A stretch of 64,000 nucleotides of DNA from positions 10,236-74,235 of the forward strand of contig CAVYRM010000001.1 in NCBI GenBank assembly GCA_963770975.1. The letters are read 5' to 3'. The stretch's first letter is position 1; each line of letters opens with the position of its first letter. Positions 30,410 through 41,211 of the stretch are shown here, piece after piece. Source of the stretch: an uncultured delta proteobacterium. GTDB lineage: Bacteria; Desulfobacterota; Deferrimicrobia; Deferrimicrobiales; Deferrimicrobiaceae. The position numbers and the translations under genes are program-made. The notes under the pieces are model-generated. The model was not told the DNA's origin, searched no databases, and worked only from the letters and a program-made list of their open reading frames with translations.

Positions 30410-31024
30410 CTACTTGCGCCCCCACTGGCCGTCGTCCCCCTGGACCATCCAGCCCGCCTGCGCCTTGTCCCTCCATTGCTTGGCGAAGATCTGACGGACC
30501 TGGGGAACCTGCTGCGGCTTCAGGTTGAGGGCTTTCGCCACCTCGTCGTAGAGCTGCCCGCGGGCGGCATTGTCCGCGTCGACGAGACGCTTCAGAGCCG
30601 CCACCTGGGGCAACGCCAGGCCGCCGGTCCCCCGGACTTCCAGGAAGCCGTCCCGGGTGATGCCCACCTGGCCCTGCTGATAGAACGGGAGCAGCTCCTG
30701 GTGGCGCCGGCCGATCTGATCCTTCAGGCCGCGGATGGCCGCGTTGCTCACGGACGTGGCTTCTTCGGCGTATGCCGTTGCGGGGCCGAGGACGGCAATG
30801 CGCGTGACGCCCCGGAACAGGCGTCCGTTGTTGCGCGACTGCGGTTTATCCGCCGGCTCCGGCGCGGGAGGCTCCTTCTTCTGCTGGTAGATATCGCCCA
30901 CGAACTTCTCGGCGGTCTTCTGCACCTCGGCCGCCGGGAAGTAGATGTTCACCGTGACGCACCCCGCGAGGATCGTGAGAACCGCCAGAACGGAAATCGA
31001 AATTCGTTGCGCCGGTCGTTCCAT
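30410..31024 (-). CDS. YdbL (DUF1318) family protein with an N-terminal lipoprotein, YnbE-like module
   Basis: Lipobox ILAGC, then CVTVNIYFPAAEV, a Pro-rich linker, and a DUF1318-like C-terminus (GQVGITRDGFLEV...AGWMVQGDDGQWGRK). Alternative start at 31057. Confidence 0.7.
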   Translation of the reverse strand: MERPAQRISISVLAVLTILAGCVTVNIYFPAAEVQKTAEKFVGDIYQQKKEPPAPEPADKPQSRNNGRLFRGVTRIAVLGPATAYAEEATSVSNAAIRGLKDQIGRRHQELLPFYQQGQVGITRDGFLEVRGTGGLALPQVAALKRLVDADNAARGQLYDEVAKALNLKPQQVPQVRQIFAKQWRDKAQAGWMVQGDDGQWGRK

Positions 31025-31062
31025 GCCATCCCCCTTTACGTGGTTGAATGAGTTCATCCGCC

Positions 31063-34000
31063 TCATTTGGAGCGCTCGGCGGTCGCGCGCTTGGCACGCT
31101 CCAGCATGTCCGAAAACCCGATTCGGTTGTCCGGGTTGCGGTTGATCACGTCGATCCCGGAGAAAAAACTTCTCTTCACAAGATACTCTACACCGTCTTC
31201 GTGGATGAGTCCCCTGACCGTGAAGACGTCGTTTTTCAAGGTGCATTCGAAGCCGATCTTCTGGTAGGGAAACTCCCGGAAAAACGTCGTCATCAGGGAG
31301 ATCCCGAGGCCGCTCAACGCGGATCCCGTGCTCACCAGCGAGATGGAGTTCACCGCCTTGAGGCTCACCGATTGGGCCACGCCCTTCTCGGGAACCGACT
31401 CCATCCTCAGGTGGAACGCGACCGGCTGGCCGTATGCGACCCGAAAACCGTTCATCGAGCCGGAGACACGGCCGGTGATGCGGCCGACGCCCAGCACCGC
31501 GGATAATCGCTCCAGGTCCATCCGGGCGACGGTCACGTCGGCGCCGATTTCCCGGCCCGCATCGAAAGGACGGTCGATGGACACGTTCCGGATGTTCAAC
31601 CGGCCGCCGAACAGGTCGCCGGTCAACTCACCCGCGGCGGTAACCCGCTCCCGGCCGATCGACACAGGATCCAGGACGCCTCCCAGGCGCCCCTCGGGTT
31701 TGGGGGTCTTCTCCGTGACCCGAGAGAGGTCGAGCCCGTCCAGCCGGGCGGACATCCGGATACGGAAATCCGTGGAGAGCGGGTCGTCCACCTGGAGTTG
31801 CGCCAGGGAGAGCTTCGCCCCGAACAAGGCCGCGTCGATCCCTCCGCCGAGGTAAAGGCGGTTCGGCACCAGGACCGCCGGAATCCGAAGGGGCCCCAGT
31901 TCCTCGCCGGCCAGGCGGAGTTTCCCGACGCTCAGGCGGCCCCATTTCCCCGACTCGGGTGGCCTGGGACGGCGCGGATTCGGCCTGCCGAGCGCATAGG
32001 CGACCGGGAGGTCGATATCGAGCCCGGCGAGGAGGGGAGGATCCGCACCCCGTCGGACATCGGCCGCGCGCATCCGGACCGTTCCCTCCAGGTCGGCCGC
32101 CTGGCCGGATCCGGAGAAAGCGAGCTCGATCCCTGCGGATCCCTCCATCTCCATACCCGCCAGGTCCGGGTGGGATGCGGCCAGCGGATCCCGGAGGAAG
32201 GTCCGGAAGATCGGTCCGAGCCGCGCATCGGTCAACGCGAAGCGTCCCTGGTGAAGCCATCCGCTCCCCGCGCGGCGTGCCTTCCCCTCCACCCTCAAGC
32301 GGGCGAAGCCCGTGAAGCCGCCCTCAAGGAGGAGGTCCTCGTACTCCTCGGGACCGGCCTTCGTACCGCCGACGTGGAGCTCCAGGGGATCCTTGGAGAG
32401 GTCCAGGTAGACCGTGCCCCAGAGTGCTTCGCCCCTTTGGAAGGCAAGATCCCCCTTGATCCGGGGATGGGGGGATAAAAGGGCATCGAGGTCGAACTTG
32501 CCGGACAGGTTCTGTCCCACGACGTCCCCCGCCGGCGAGGAGAAGCCGATCTTTTCGAGCGCGGCGGCCACCGCGACCCGGGGCGCCCCCGTCGTGTTGT
32601 CGAGCCGGACGCGCACGTCGATCCCGCCCGTGGTCGACCATCCCTTCCATGTCTTTCCGCTCAGCGCCTGCGCGAGGGACACGAGGTTGTCCACGGGGAC
32701 GTTTAACCCCTCCATGCTCCCGTCGAGCTTCCCCCGGGAATGGGAGAAACGACCCGTGAAGCCGGCCCAGGGAAGCGGATCGGATTCCCAGATCCTCGAT
32801 CCGGAGGGAATCGCCGGCTGCCGTCGCGGAGCCCGTCATCTCCAGCGGTCCCAGGGGCAGAGGACGGCCTTCGAACCGCATTTCATCCGCACCGGCGGAG
32901 AGCACCCAGCCCGGGAACGATGGAGCGGCGAGCCGGCCGGACAGGGGGACGTCGAAGCGGATCGCGCGCACCGTAAGCGGCGGACGTTCGATCCGCCCGG
33001 TTCCCCGCACCCTTCCGGCCACGTCGATCTTGCCGTCAGGCCGATCCTTCAGCGGGCCGGTGGCTTTCAGGGAGGCCCCGAAGCGGCAAACGAGGCCTTC
33101 TGCCGGCCAGGACCAGGCCAGGTCCCGGGGAGCGAGTTCCAGCGATGCAACGCGTTCCGTCCTCCGGGTGGAAAAGACGAGCCGCCATGGCAGGATGCCC
33201 CTCAACTCCATGCCCGCGAGGGAGGGGGGAGGAAGGGGGCCAGGGTGCTTCTCGTTCGCTCGAGGTCGGGGATCTCCCCCTCGAGGGTCCCGGACATCTC
33301 GGCCGGCGTGGGGCCGGTCAATAGCCCCCTCGCATGGATCAAGCCTCCGAGATCCAGCGCGCGCAGTTCCAGGCGGGGGTTTCCGACGTCGAGCGCGGCG
33401 CTCGCAGCCGCCGACAGGCGGATCGCCCCCAGCTTCACCGGCGGCCGTCGGTCCAGGCTCAAGCGTCCATCGGCGAGGTTCATCGTCAGATCCTCGGCCC
33501 GGAGATCCTTCCGGGTCACCCGCAACCGGGTCCGTCCGGAGACTTCCCCGGCAAGGCGCGGGTGGTTCAGTGGGCAGGACGCGAGGTCCAGGTCGACTTC
33601 GATCACGGGGCCGGGGATCACCTTTCCTCGCGCCGAGAGCTTCCCCCGTCCGATGCCGGAGTCGGCCCCGTGAAACGCCACCGATGCGTCCCCGCTGATC
33701 CGGCGAACGTTCCCCTCCCCGGGGACCACGGTCAATCGAAGCCCCTCGACCGCCAACACGCCGCCGGTCAAGGCGATGTTCAGCCGGACGTCCGAAAGCG
33801 TCAGGTCCTCGAGGTCGAACAGGCGGGTGATCGGGGTCAGGTCGGGGGGCGCCTTGCTCTCGCCCGGCCGCCGGCGCTCGAAAAGAAGTCCCCTTGCCTC
33901 CACGTGACGCAGCCACGGGCCGTCGCCGAAGAACCGGCCGGGGATCAGTTCGAATGTCAGGCGTTCCAGGCGCAGGAGGTCGCCCTCGCCCGGTGGTCCG

Positions 34001-34251
34001 GAGATCGCGAGGCCCGAAAGCGCAAGGGCGGGCGGGTTCAGGGACACCTTCAGGTCGGCAAGGGAAGCCGTTCCGCCCCTCGGTGCAATCGCCCGCACAA
34101 GGTATGTCCGGATCAAATGAGGCCGATAGACGAGCAGTGCCGTGGCCGCCGCGGCGACAACCAGGAGGGATGCCAATCCTGCGCCACACCAGAGGGCTGC
34201 GCGTCTCAGGGTCACCGGACTCCCTCCGCGATCCGATTCCTCAAAGCTCAA
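31063..34251 (-). pseudogene. ydbH: YdbH-like (AsmA/TamB-like) intermembrane lipid-transport protein, two frame breaks as sequenced
   Basis: N-terminal TM anchor (ORF 33202..34251), beta-rich middle part (in ORF 32324..34189), and C-terminal YdbH-type tail GFECTLKNDVFTVRGL...GIDVINRNPDNRIGFSDMLER (ORF 31063..32715). Breaks at c.33224-33239 (G-runs) and c.32775-32790. Confidence 0.7.
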
Positions 34252-34416
34252 TAATACCCCGTTCCGTCGCCGCGAGGGGCGGAGTTGCCGCCGGGGGCGC
34301 CGCGCGGAACACGGTCAAGGTCTTGCGATTCGTCGGTGGAACACCGGGCGGCGGAAGGACGATCGCCGCCCGGTCGATCGTTACGGCGGAGTCCCCCGAG
34401 GGAGGACCCTGACGGA

Positions 34417-35319
34417 TTACGCGGCGGACCGGTACGACCGCGCGAACACGTTCCTCGCGAACTCTTCCAGGGTCGTGGACGTTGTGTTCGATGCGTTCCG
34501 TTCCTGGGTGGGCCGGATCCTCCCGGCGTTGAAGGCCCGCTGCATTTCGAGCATCGCCCCGATCACGCTGGAGGACATCCCGATCCCGGCCATCGCTTTT
34601 CCCGCGTCTTCCTCGGGAAACACGACGTAGGGGAGATCCGGTTTTCCGATCGCCCCGCCGAGGATGCGCGTGGCCTCCGACATCGTCAGGTCCCGGGGGC
34701 CGAGAAGGTAACGGACGCCGTGCCCGGAGATGGGCTCTTCGCGCAGCAACCGCGCGGCGGCTTCGGCGATGTCGTTCGTTGCGACCATGGGGATCGGCAG
34801 ATCGGCACGGATCGGGCTGCCGTAGACCCCTTTCTCCCGGATCACGGGCAAGCCCCAGAGGTGGTTTTCCATGAAGTAGCCGGCCCGCAGGTGGACCACC
34901 TGTGCGTTCCGCAGCCTGCCGCATTTCGATTCGAGGTCGTGAAGGCCGACGATCGGCCCCGTTCCTTCCTGAAGGTGAGCGCCGATGCTGCTCAAGGTGA
35001 CCACCCGCGGGACATGCGCCTTCCAAAGGGCGGACACGAGGACTTCCCCGATCCCGTCCTGGTATTCCCTGAAGTCGCCGGCGTCGTATTTCGGCGGAAT
35101 CAACACGAACGCTCCCCGGGCGCCCGTGAAGGCGTCCGCGAGGAATTCCGCGTTCCCGAGGTCCCCGGGCCACGGCTCCGCCCCTTTCGCCGCGAGGGGA
35201 CCGAGGCGGACGCGCTCCCGGGCGATGGCGCGGACCGGTTCCCCCGCCTCCAGAAGGTGATGGACGATTTTGGATCCGATGTTTCCCGTCGCTCCGCAGA
35301 TCACGTAGTGCGGCCTCAT
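34417..35319 (-). CDS. NmrA-family / NAD(P)H-binding protein
   Basis: VICGATGNIGS Rossmann motif. 300 aa, paralogous in type to 29367..30344. Confidence 0.75.
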   Translation of the reverse strand: MRPHYVICGATGNIGSKIVHHLLEAGEPVRAIARERVRLGPLAAKGAEPWPGDLGNAEFLADAFTGARGAFVLIPPKYDAGDFREYQDGIGEVLVSALWKAHVPRVVTLSSIGAHLQEGTGPIVGLHDLESKCGRLRNAQVVHLRAGYFMENHLWGLPVIREKGVYGSPIRADLPIPMVATNDIAEAAARLLREEPISGHGVRYLLGPRDLTMSEATRILGGAIGKPDLPYVVFPEEDAGKAMAGIGMSSSVIGAMLEMQRAFNAGRIRPTQERNASNTTSTTLEEFARNVFARSYRSAA

Positions 35320-35474
35320 GACGCGCCTCCCGTTCTTCGTGCAACTTCGGCCTTATCCTTCTGATTTGGATTCCGCGGGACGGCGGGAAGTTCCTCCGCG
35401 CGCGGGAAACGGAAACGGCCCGCCGGGGGTCTCCCCGGCGGGCCGTTTCGTCGGCCGTCTCGCGAAGCCGAGCG

Positions 35475-38011
35475 TCACATGTAATCGGGCATCTCGTCGA
35501 ACTGGAGATACTTGTAGATCTTCTCCTTGTTCGGCTCGATCTTCTCCTTGAAGACGGCGAAGTACTCCTCGGGTCGGGGCAGTCGCCCCAGCGTGGCGGC
35601 GACCGATCCGAGCTCCGCGGAACCGAGATACACCTGGGCGCCGTCGCCCATCCGGTCGTCGAAGTTGCGGGTGGAGGTCGAGAATACGTTGGACTTCTCC
35701 GGGACGCGGGCCTGGTTACCCATGCAGAGCGAGCATCCGGCGATCTCGATGCGGGCGCCGACGGCGCTGTAGACGGAGAAGTAGGCCTCGTCCTTGAGCT
35801 GCAGCTGGTCCATGCGGGTCGGCGGGCAGATCCAGGTGCGCACCGCGGGATTGAACTTCCGCCCCCGCCAGATTTCCGCGGCCGCCCGGAAATGGCCGAT
35901 GTTGACCATGCAGGAGCCGATGAAGACGTCCTGGATCGCGTCGCCGGCGACTTCGGACAGCAGCTTGACGTCGTCGGGATCGTTCGGGCACGCGAGGATC
36001 GGCTCGGTGATCTCCTTCAGGTCGATCTCCAGGACGGCGGCGTACTCCGCGCCCTTGTCGGCCTTCAGGAGGGACGGCTTCCTGAGCCACTTCTCGACTT
36101 CCTTGATGCGGTTGCGCAGCGTCTGCGGGTCGGAGTACCCGTCCGCGACCATCTTCTTCATGAGCGCGACGTTGGAGCGCAGGTACTTCGCAACCGATTT
36201 CTCGGACAGCTGGATGCAGCCGGCGGCGGCGGAACGCTCGGCGGCGGCGTCGGTCAGCTCGAACGCCTGCTCGACGGTCAGGTCGGGCAGACCTTCCATC
36301 TCGAGGATCCGGCCGTTGAAGACGTTGACCTTGTTCTTCTTCGGGACGGTCAGGATCCCCTTCTTGATGGCGAAGTACGGGATGGCGTTGACGACGTCGC
36401 GCAGGGTGATGCCGGGGTTGAGGTTCCCCTTGAACCGGACGAGCACCGACTCGGGCATATCGAGGGGCATGAAGCCGAGGGCGCCGGCGAAGGCGACCAG
36501 GCCGGATCCGGCCGGGAAGGAGATGCCGATCGGGAAACCGGGTGTGGGAGTCGCCGCCGGTGCCGACCGTGTCGGGCAGGAGGAGGCGGTTCAGCCAGGA
36601 GTGGATGACGCCGTCCCCGGGACGAAGCGTCACGCCCCCGCGGGAGGAGACGAAGCCGGGCAGGTTCCTGTGCATCTTGACGTCGGCCGGCTTCGGGTAG
36701 GCCGCGGTGTGGCAGAAGGACTGCATGAACATCGGCGCCTGGAACTTGAGGCACGCCAGTTCCTTCAGTTCGTCGGCGGTCATCGGCCCGGTGGTGTCCT
36801 GGGAGCCGACGGTGGTCATCCTGGGGGTCGCAGGCCGTCCCGGGAAGGACTCCCGCCATGCCGCAGGCGTCGCCGACGATCTTCTGGGCCAGCGAGTATC
36901 CCTGGTTCTTCGCGGGAACGGGGTTATCCGGAAGCGTGAAGACCGTGGAGGGCTTCAGCCCGAGCGCCTTGCGCGCCTTCTCGGTGAGCGCCCGGCCGAT
37001 GATCAGCGGGATGCGGCCGCCGGCCCGGAATTCGTCGGAGAGGGTGTTGGGGGAGAGGGTGAACTTCGAGAGCTTCTTCCCCTGTTCGTCGGTGAGGATG
37101 CCGTTCTTGGTGTCGATCACGATCACGTCGCCGGTCTTCAGCCCGGTGACGTCGGCCTTGAGCGGCAGCGCGCCGGAATCCTGCGCGGTGTTGAAGAAGA
37201 TCGGGGCGATCACGCCGCCGATGATGACGCCGCGCGTCTTCTTGTTGGGGACGCAGGGGATCTCCTCGCCGATGTGCCACAGGACGCTGTTGCAGGCGGA
37301 CTTCCGGGAGGAACCGGTGCCGACCACGTCTCCGACGAACGCGACCCGGAATCCTTCCTTGCGGAAGCCCGCGATCGTCTCGAGGCCGCCCTTGAAGCGG
37401 GTCTTTCCCATGGCCAGCGCGTGTAGCGGGATGTCGGGCCGGCTCCAGGCGTCTCCCGCGGGGGAGAAGTCGTCGGTGTTGATCTCGCCGTCGACCTTGA
37501 AGACCTTGACCTTGATCGTCTCCGGCATGCCGGGACGGGAGGTGAACCACTCGGCCTCCGCCCACGATTTCATGACCTTCTGCGCGGCGGGATTCTTCGC
37601 CTTCGCAATGGCTGCGACTTCGTCGAAGGCGTCGTACACCAGCGTGATCCCGGAGAGCGCCTTCGCGGCGGCATCGGCCAGCTTCTTGTCCTTCAGGGCG
37701 GCGATCAGCGGGGCGACGTTGTAGCCCCCGAGCATGGTGCCCAGGATCGCCACGGCGTCCGCGGCGGTGACCAGCGGTGACTTGATCTTGCCGGAAACGA
37801 CGCCTGCCAGGAACTCGGCCTTCACCTTCGCGGCCGGATCGACGCCGGGCGAGACCCGCTCCTTCAGGAGGCCCACCAGGAAATTCTCCTTGCCCTTCGG
37901 AGGTTTCCGCAGCAGTTTGCACAGTTCACCCGTCTGCTCGGGATTGAGAGGCAGCGGGGGAATTCCCATGCTGGCACGCTCTTCCGCTTCCTTGAGATAC
38001 GATTCGATCAT
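35475..38011 (-). pseudogene. acnB: aconitate hydratase B (bifunctional aconitase 2 / 2-methylisocitrate dehydratase), two frame breaks as sequenced
   Basis: Collinear with E. coli AcnB from memory: [49 protein letters not shown]. Breaks at c.36820-36827 and c.36532-36534, both in short homopolymers. Confidence 0.9.
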
Positions 38012-38100
38012 GTCCTCCCCCTTGGCGAGAATGTGGTTCCGATCGAGTTGGCGGCGATTGGCATTTTACGTGAATCCGGGCCGGGAATTCCTCCTTTTTT

Positions 38101-39714
38101 TCAACCCGCCTTCCGCGATCCCGCCTTCCGGACCAACGGATCGACCTTCCCGGCGTACTGTGCGAAGTTCTCGTCGAACATGCCGGCGAGCTTCCGTGCC
38201 GTTGCGTCGTATGCCGCGTGATCCTTCCAGGTCGACCGGGGATCCAGGACCTCGGGCGGCACGTCGGGGCAGCTTCTCGGAACCCGCAATCCGAACATCG
38301 GATCTTCCCGCAGTTCCACGCCGTCGAGCTTCCCCGTGAGGGCGGCACGGAGCATCGCGCGGGTGTGCTCGATGCTCAGTCGCCGCCCCGTTCCGTACGG
38401 GCCGCCGGTCCACCCCGTGTTGAGCAGCCAGACCTTGACCTGCCGCTCGGCGATCTTCTCCCCGAGGAGCTTCGCGTACACGGTCGGATGGAGCGCCATG
38501 AACGGGCCGCCGAAACAGGCGCTGAACGTGGCCTGCGGTTCCCGGATGCCCCGCTCCGTCCCCGCCACCTTGGCCGTGTAGCCCGAGAGGAAGTGATACA
38601 TCGCCTGGTCGGTCGTCATCGACGAGATCGGGGGGAGCACCCCGAAGGCGTCCGCCGTCAGCATCACGATGTGCTTCGGGTGTCCGACCGCCCCGTTCAG
38701 GGAGACCCTGGAGATGGAGGAGAGCGGGTAGGAGGCGCGGGTGTTCTCCGTCAGGGAGTCGTCGTCCAGGTCGATCCGCCGCGATTCGGTGTCCAGGCTT
38801 ACGTTCTCGAGGATCGTCCCGAACATGCCCGTCGTCCGGTGGATCTCGGGCTCCATCCCGGGGGAGAGCCGGATCACCTTGGCGTAGCAACCACCCTCGA
38901 AATTGAAGACGCCCCGGCTGCTCCAGCCGTGCTCGTCGTCCCCCACCAGGGTTCGTTCCGGGTCCGCGGAGAGGGTGGTCTTCCCCGTTCCGGAGAGGCC
39001 GAACAGGACCGCGACGTCGTTCGTATCCCGTCCGAAGTTGGCGGCGCAATGCATCGGCAGAACTCCCCGGGCGGGCAGGAGGTAGTTCATCACGGTGAAA
39101 ATCGACTTCTTGATCTCCCCCGCGTAGAGGGTGCCGCCGATCAGGACCTCTTTCCGGCCGAAGTGGAGCAGGATGAAGACCTCGCTGCGCGTCCCGTCCA
39201 TCTCAGGCCGGGAGTGGAAGCCGGGGGCGCTGATGACCGTGAACTGAGGGACGTGCCGGTGGGCCGCTTCCCGCTCCGTCACCGGGAGAAACATGTTCCG
39301 GGCGAAAAGGCCGTGCCAGGCCATCTCGGTGATGACCCGGATGGGGAGCCGGTGCTCCGCGTCCGCCCCCACGTGGCAATCCTGGACGAAGAGTTCCCTA
39401 CCCTCCAGGTAGGCGAAGAGGCGGGCCCGGAGGGACTCGTACCGGTCGGCGTCGAACGGACGGTTGATCTTCCCCCAGCAGATCGACTCGTCGCTGCCGG
39501 GTTCCCGGACGAAGAACCGGTCGTTGGGGGAGCGCCCCGTATACTCCCCGGTCCGGACGACGAGCGGTCCGCGCGAGGCCAGGTGCCCTTCACGACGTCT
39601 CACCGAATGCTCGATCAGGGCGGACACCGGGAGGTTCCACCAGACGGCCTCCGCCTTCCGGATGCCGTGGAAGGACAGATCGTCGGCCCGATTTCCGCTC
39701 AAGCGGTTACTCAT
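38101..39714 (-). CDS. pckA: phosphoenolpyruvate carboxykinase (ATP)
   Basis: YTGRSPNDRFFV, LFGLSGTGKTTLS and GDDEHGW. ATG 39714 is preceded by GGGAGG at 6 nt; the ORF-track start 39753 is a TTG without an SD. Confidence 0.9.
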   Translation of the reverse strand: MSNRLSGNRADDLSFHGIRKAEAVWWNLPVSALIEHSVRRREGHLASRGPLVVRTGEYTGRSPNDRFFVREPGSDESICWGKINRPFDADRYESLRARLFAYLEGRELFVQDCHVGADAEHRLPIRVITEMAWHGLFARNMFLPVTEREAAHRHVPQFTVISAPGFHSRPEMDGTRSEVFILLHFGRKEVLIGGTLYAGEIKKSIFTVMNYLLPARGVLPMHCAANFGRDTNDVAVLFGLSGTGKTTLSADPERTLVGDDEHGWSSRGVFNFEGGCYAKVIRLSPGMEPEIHRTTGMFGTILENVSLDTESRRIDLDDDSLTENTRASYPLSSISRVSLNGAVGHPKHIVMLTADAFGVLPPISSMTTDQAMYHFLSGYTAKVAGTERGIREPQATFSACFGGPFMALHPTVYAKLLGEKIAERQVKVWLLNTGWTGGPYGTGRRLSIEHTRAMLRAALTGKLDGVELREDPMFGLRVPRSCPDVPPEVLDPRSTWKDHAAYDATARKLAGMFDENFAQYAGKVDPLVRKAGSRKAG

Positions 39715-39922
39715 GGACAACCTCCCGGATCCATTGGACGGTTTGTCGGACAAGCATTATTGTCGCGTAACAGACATATATGTACTATTTACTACGCAAT
39801 TGTTCTTCATGGTGGAAAGGTTGACCCGCCCCCTCCTTGTATAGCAACGACGATTCCATGCCGCACATTTCTTGCAATCGTCCTTCCCGGCCCCATTACC
39901 CGTCGGAGGAGGATATCCATCC

Positions 39923-41140
39923 ATGAACAACGGCGATACGGCGTGGCTTCTCGTTTCAGCGGCATTCGTGATGCTGATGACACCCGGCCTTGCGATGTTT
40001 TACGGGGGGATGGTCCGAAGGAAGAACATCCTGGGGACCGTCATGCAGTCGTTCATCGTCATCGGGGTCATCAGCATCGAGTGGATGATCGTCGGCTACA
40101 CGTTCACCTTCGGTCCCGATCTGTTCGGCGTGATCGGCGACCTCTCCTGGTTCGGACTGCGCGGAGTCGGCAACGCTCCTTTCAAGGGATATGCGGCTAC
40201 CGTCCCCCACCAAGCCTTCATGATATACCAAATGATGTTCGCGGTGATCACCCCGGCACTCATATCGGGGGCTTTCGCCGAACGGTTCAGATTCTCCACC
40301 TATCTCGTCTTCATCCTCCTGTGGGCACTGCTGGTCTATAACCCGGTGGCCCATTGGATATGGGGGATCGGCGGGTGGCTCCGGAATCTGGGGGCGCTCG
40401 ATTTCGCGGGCGGTTCGGTCGTACACCTCACCGCGGGAGTAAGCGCGCTTGCCGCGGCGATCGCAACAGGGAAACGGAAAGGGTACGGGAGGGACATACT
40501 CGCCCCCCACGACCTTCCTATGACCGTCCTGGGCGCCGGCATTCTCTGGTTCGGGTGGTTCGGTTTCAACGCCGGCAGCGCCCTTGCGGCGGACGGGGTC
40601 TCCGTGAGCGCCTTCGTCGCAACCCACATGTCCGCATCCGCAGCGACCGTGGCCTGGATGGTCACCGAGTGGATCCATCGCGGGAAACCTACCGTGCTGG
40701 GGGCCGCATCCGGATGCATCGCGGGTCTCGGCACGATCACCCCCGCCTCCGGGTTCGTGACTCCTCCGGCGGCCCTCGCGATCGGAATCGTCGCCGGGAG
40801 CGTGTGTTACGGCGCCGTAATGCTCAAGGTGAAATTCAGCTACGACGATTCCCTTGACGTCGTGGGCGTCCACGGGGTCGGGGGAATCCTGGGAATGATC
40901 GCAACCGGGTTGTTTGCGACGCTGTCCGTGAACGCCGCGGGATCGAACGGCTTCTTCTACGGGAATCCGAAACAGCTGGGGATCCAGGCCCTCGCTGTCG
41001 CCGTCGTGCTCGTCTACTCCTTCGTCGTGACGTACGGGATCTTACGGATTCTCGAGAAAACGATGGGGCTTCGGGTAACGGCGGACGAGGAGGTCATCGG
41101 GATCGATCTCTCGCAGCACGGCGAGGCAGGGTACAATTAA
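39923..41140 (+). CDS. amt: ammonium transporter (Amt family)
   Basis: GDTAWLLVSAAFVMLMTPGLAMFYGG, DFAGGSVVHL, and GVHGVGGILG. GGAGGAGG upstream of the ATG. Confidence 0.9.
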   Translation: MNNGDTAWLLVSAAFVMLMTPGLAMFYGGMVRRKNILGTVMQSFIVIGVISIEWMIVGYTFTFGPDLFGVIGDLSWFGLRGVGNAPFKGYAATVPHQAFMIYQMMFAVITPALISGAFAERFRFSTYLVFILLWALLVYNPVAHWIWGIGGWLRNLGALDFAGGSVVHLTAGVSALAAAIATGKRKGYGRDILAPHDLPMTVLGAGILWFGWFGFNAGSALAADGVSVSAFVATHMSASAATVAWMVTEWIHRGKPTVLGAASGCIAGLGTITPASGFVTPPAALAIGIVAGSVCYGAVMLKVKFSYDDSLDVVGVHGVGGILGMIATGLFATLSVNAAGSNGFFYGNPKQLGIQALAVAVVLVYSFVVTYGILRILEKTMGLRVTADEEVIGIDLSQHGEAGYN

Positions 41141-41211
41141 AGAGGTCTTTCCACGTGCAGAATTGGGGCATAATGGCGATTACCAACGGGTTTCTTGCGG
41201 AAGGAGGGACC

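Noticed and set aside
17224-38011. In-frame stops in the frameshifted genes (putA, ydbH, acnB and others) considered as further recoding or Sec sites
   Set aside because: Conserved sequence resumes in a different frame rather than after the stop, and the breaks I could trace map to homopolymers. These are indels, not read-through. No redox Cys aligns with the stops.
39861-39876. Sigma-54-like element CCGCAC-ATTTC-TTGCA 47 nt upstream of amt
   Set aside because: The -12 TTGCA and the spacing are good, but the invariant -24 GG reads CG. That is too weak to call without a PWM score or confirmation that it is not a base error.
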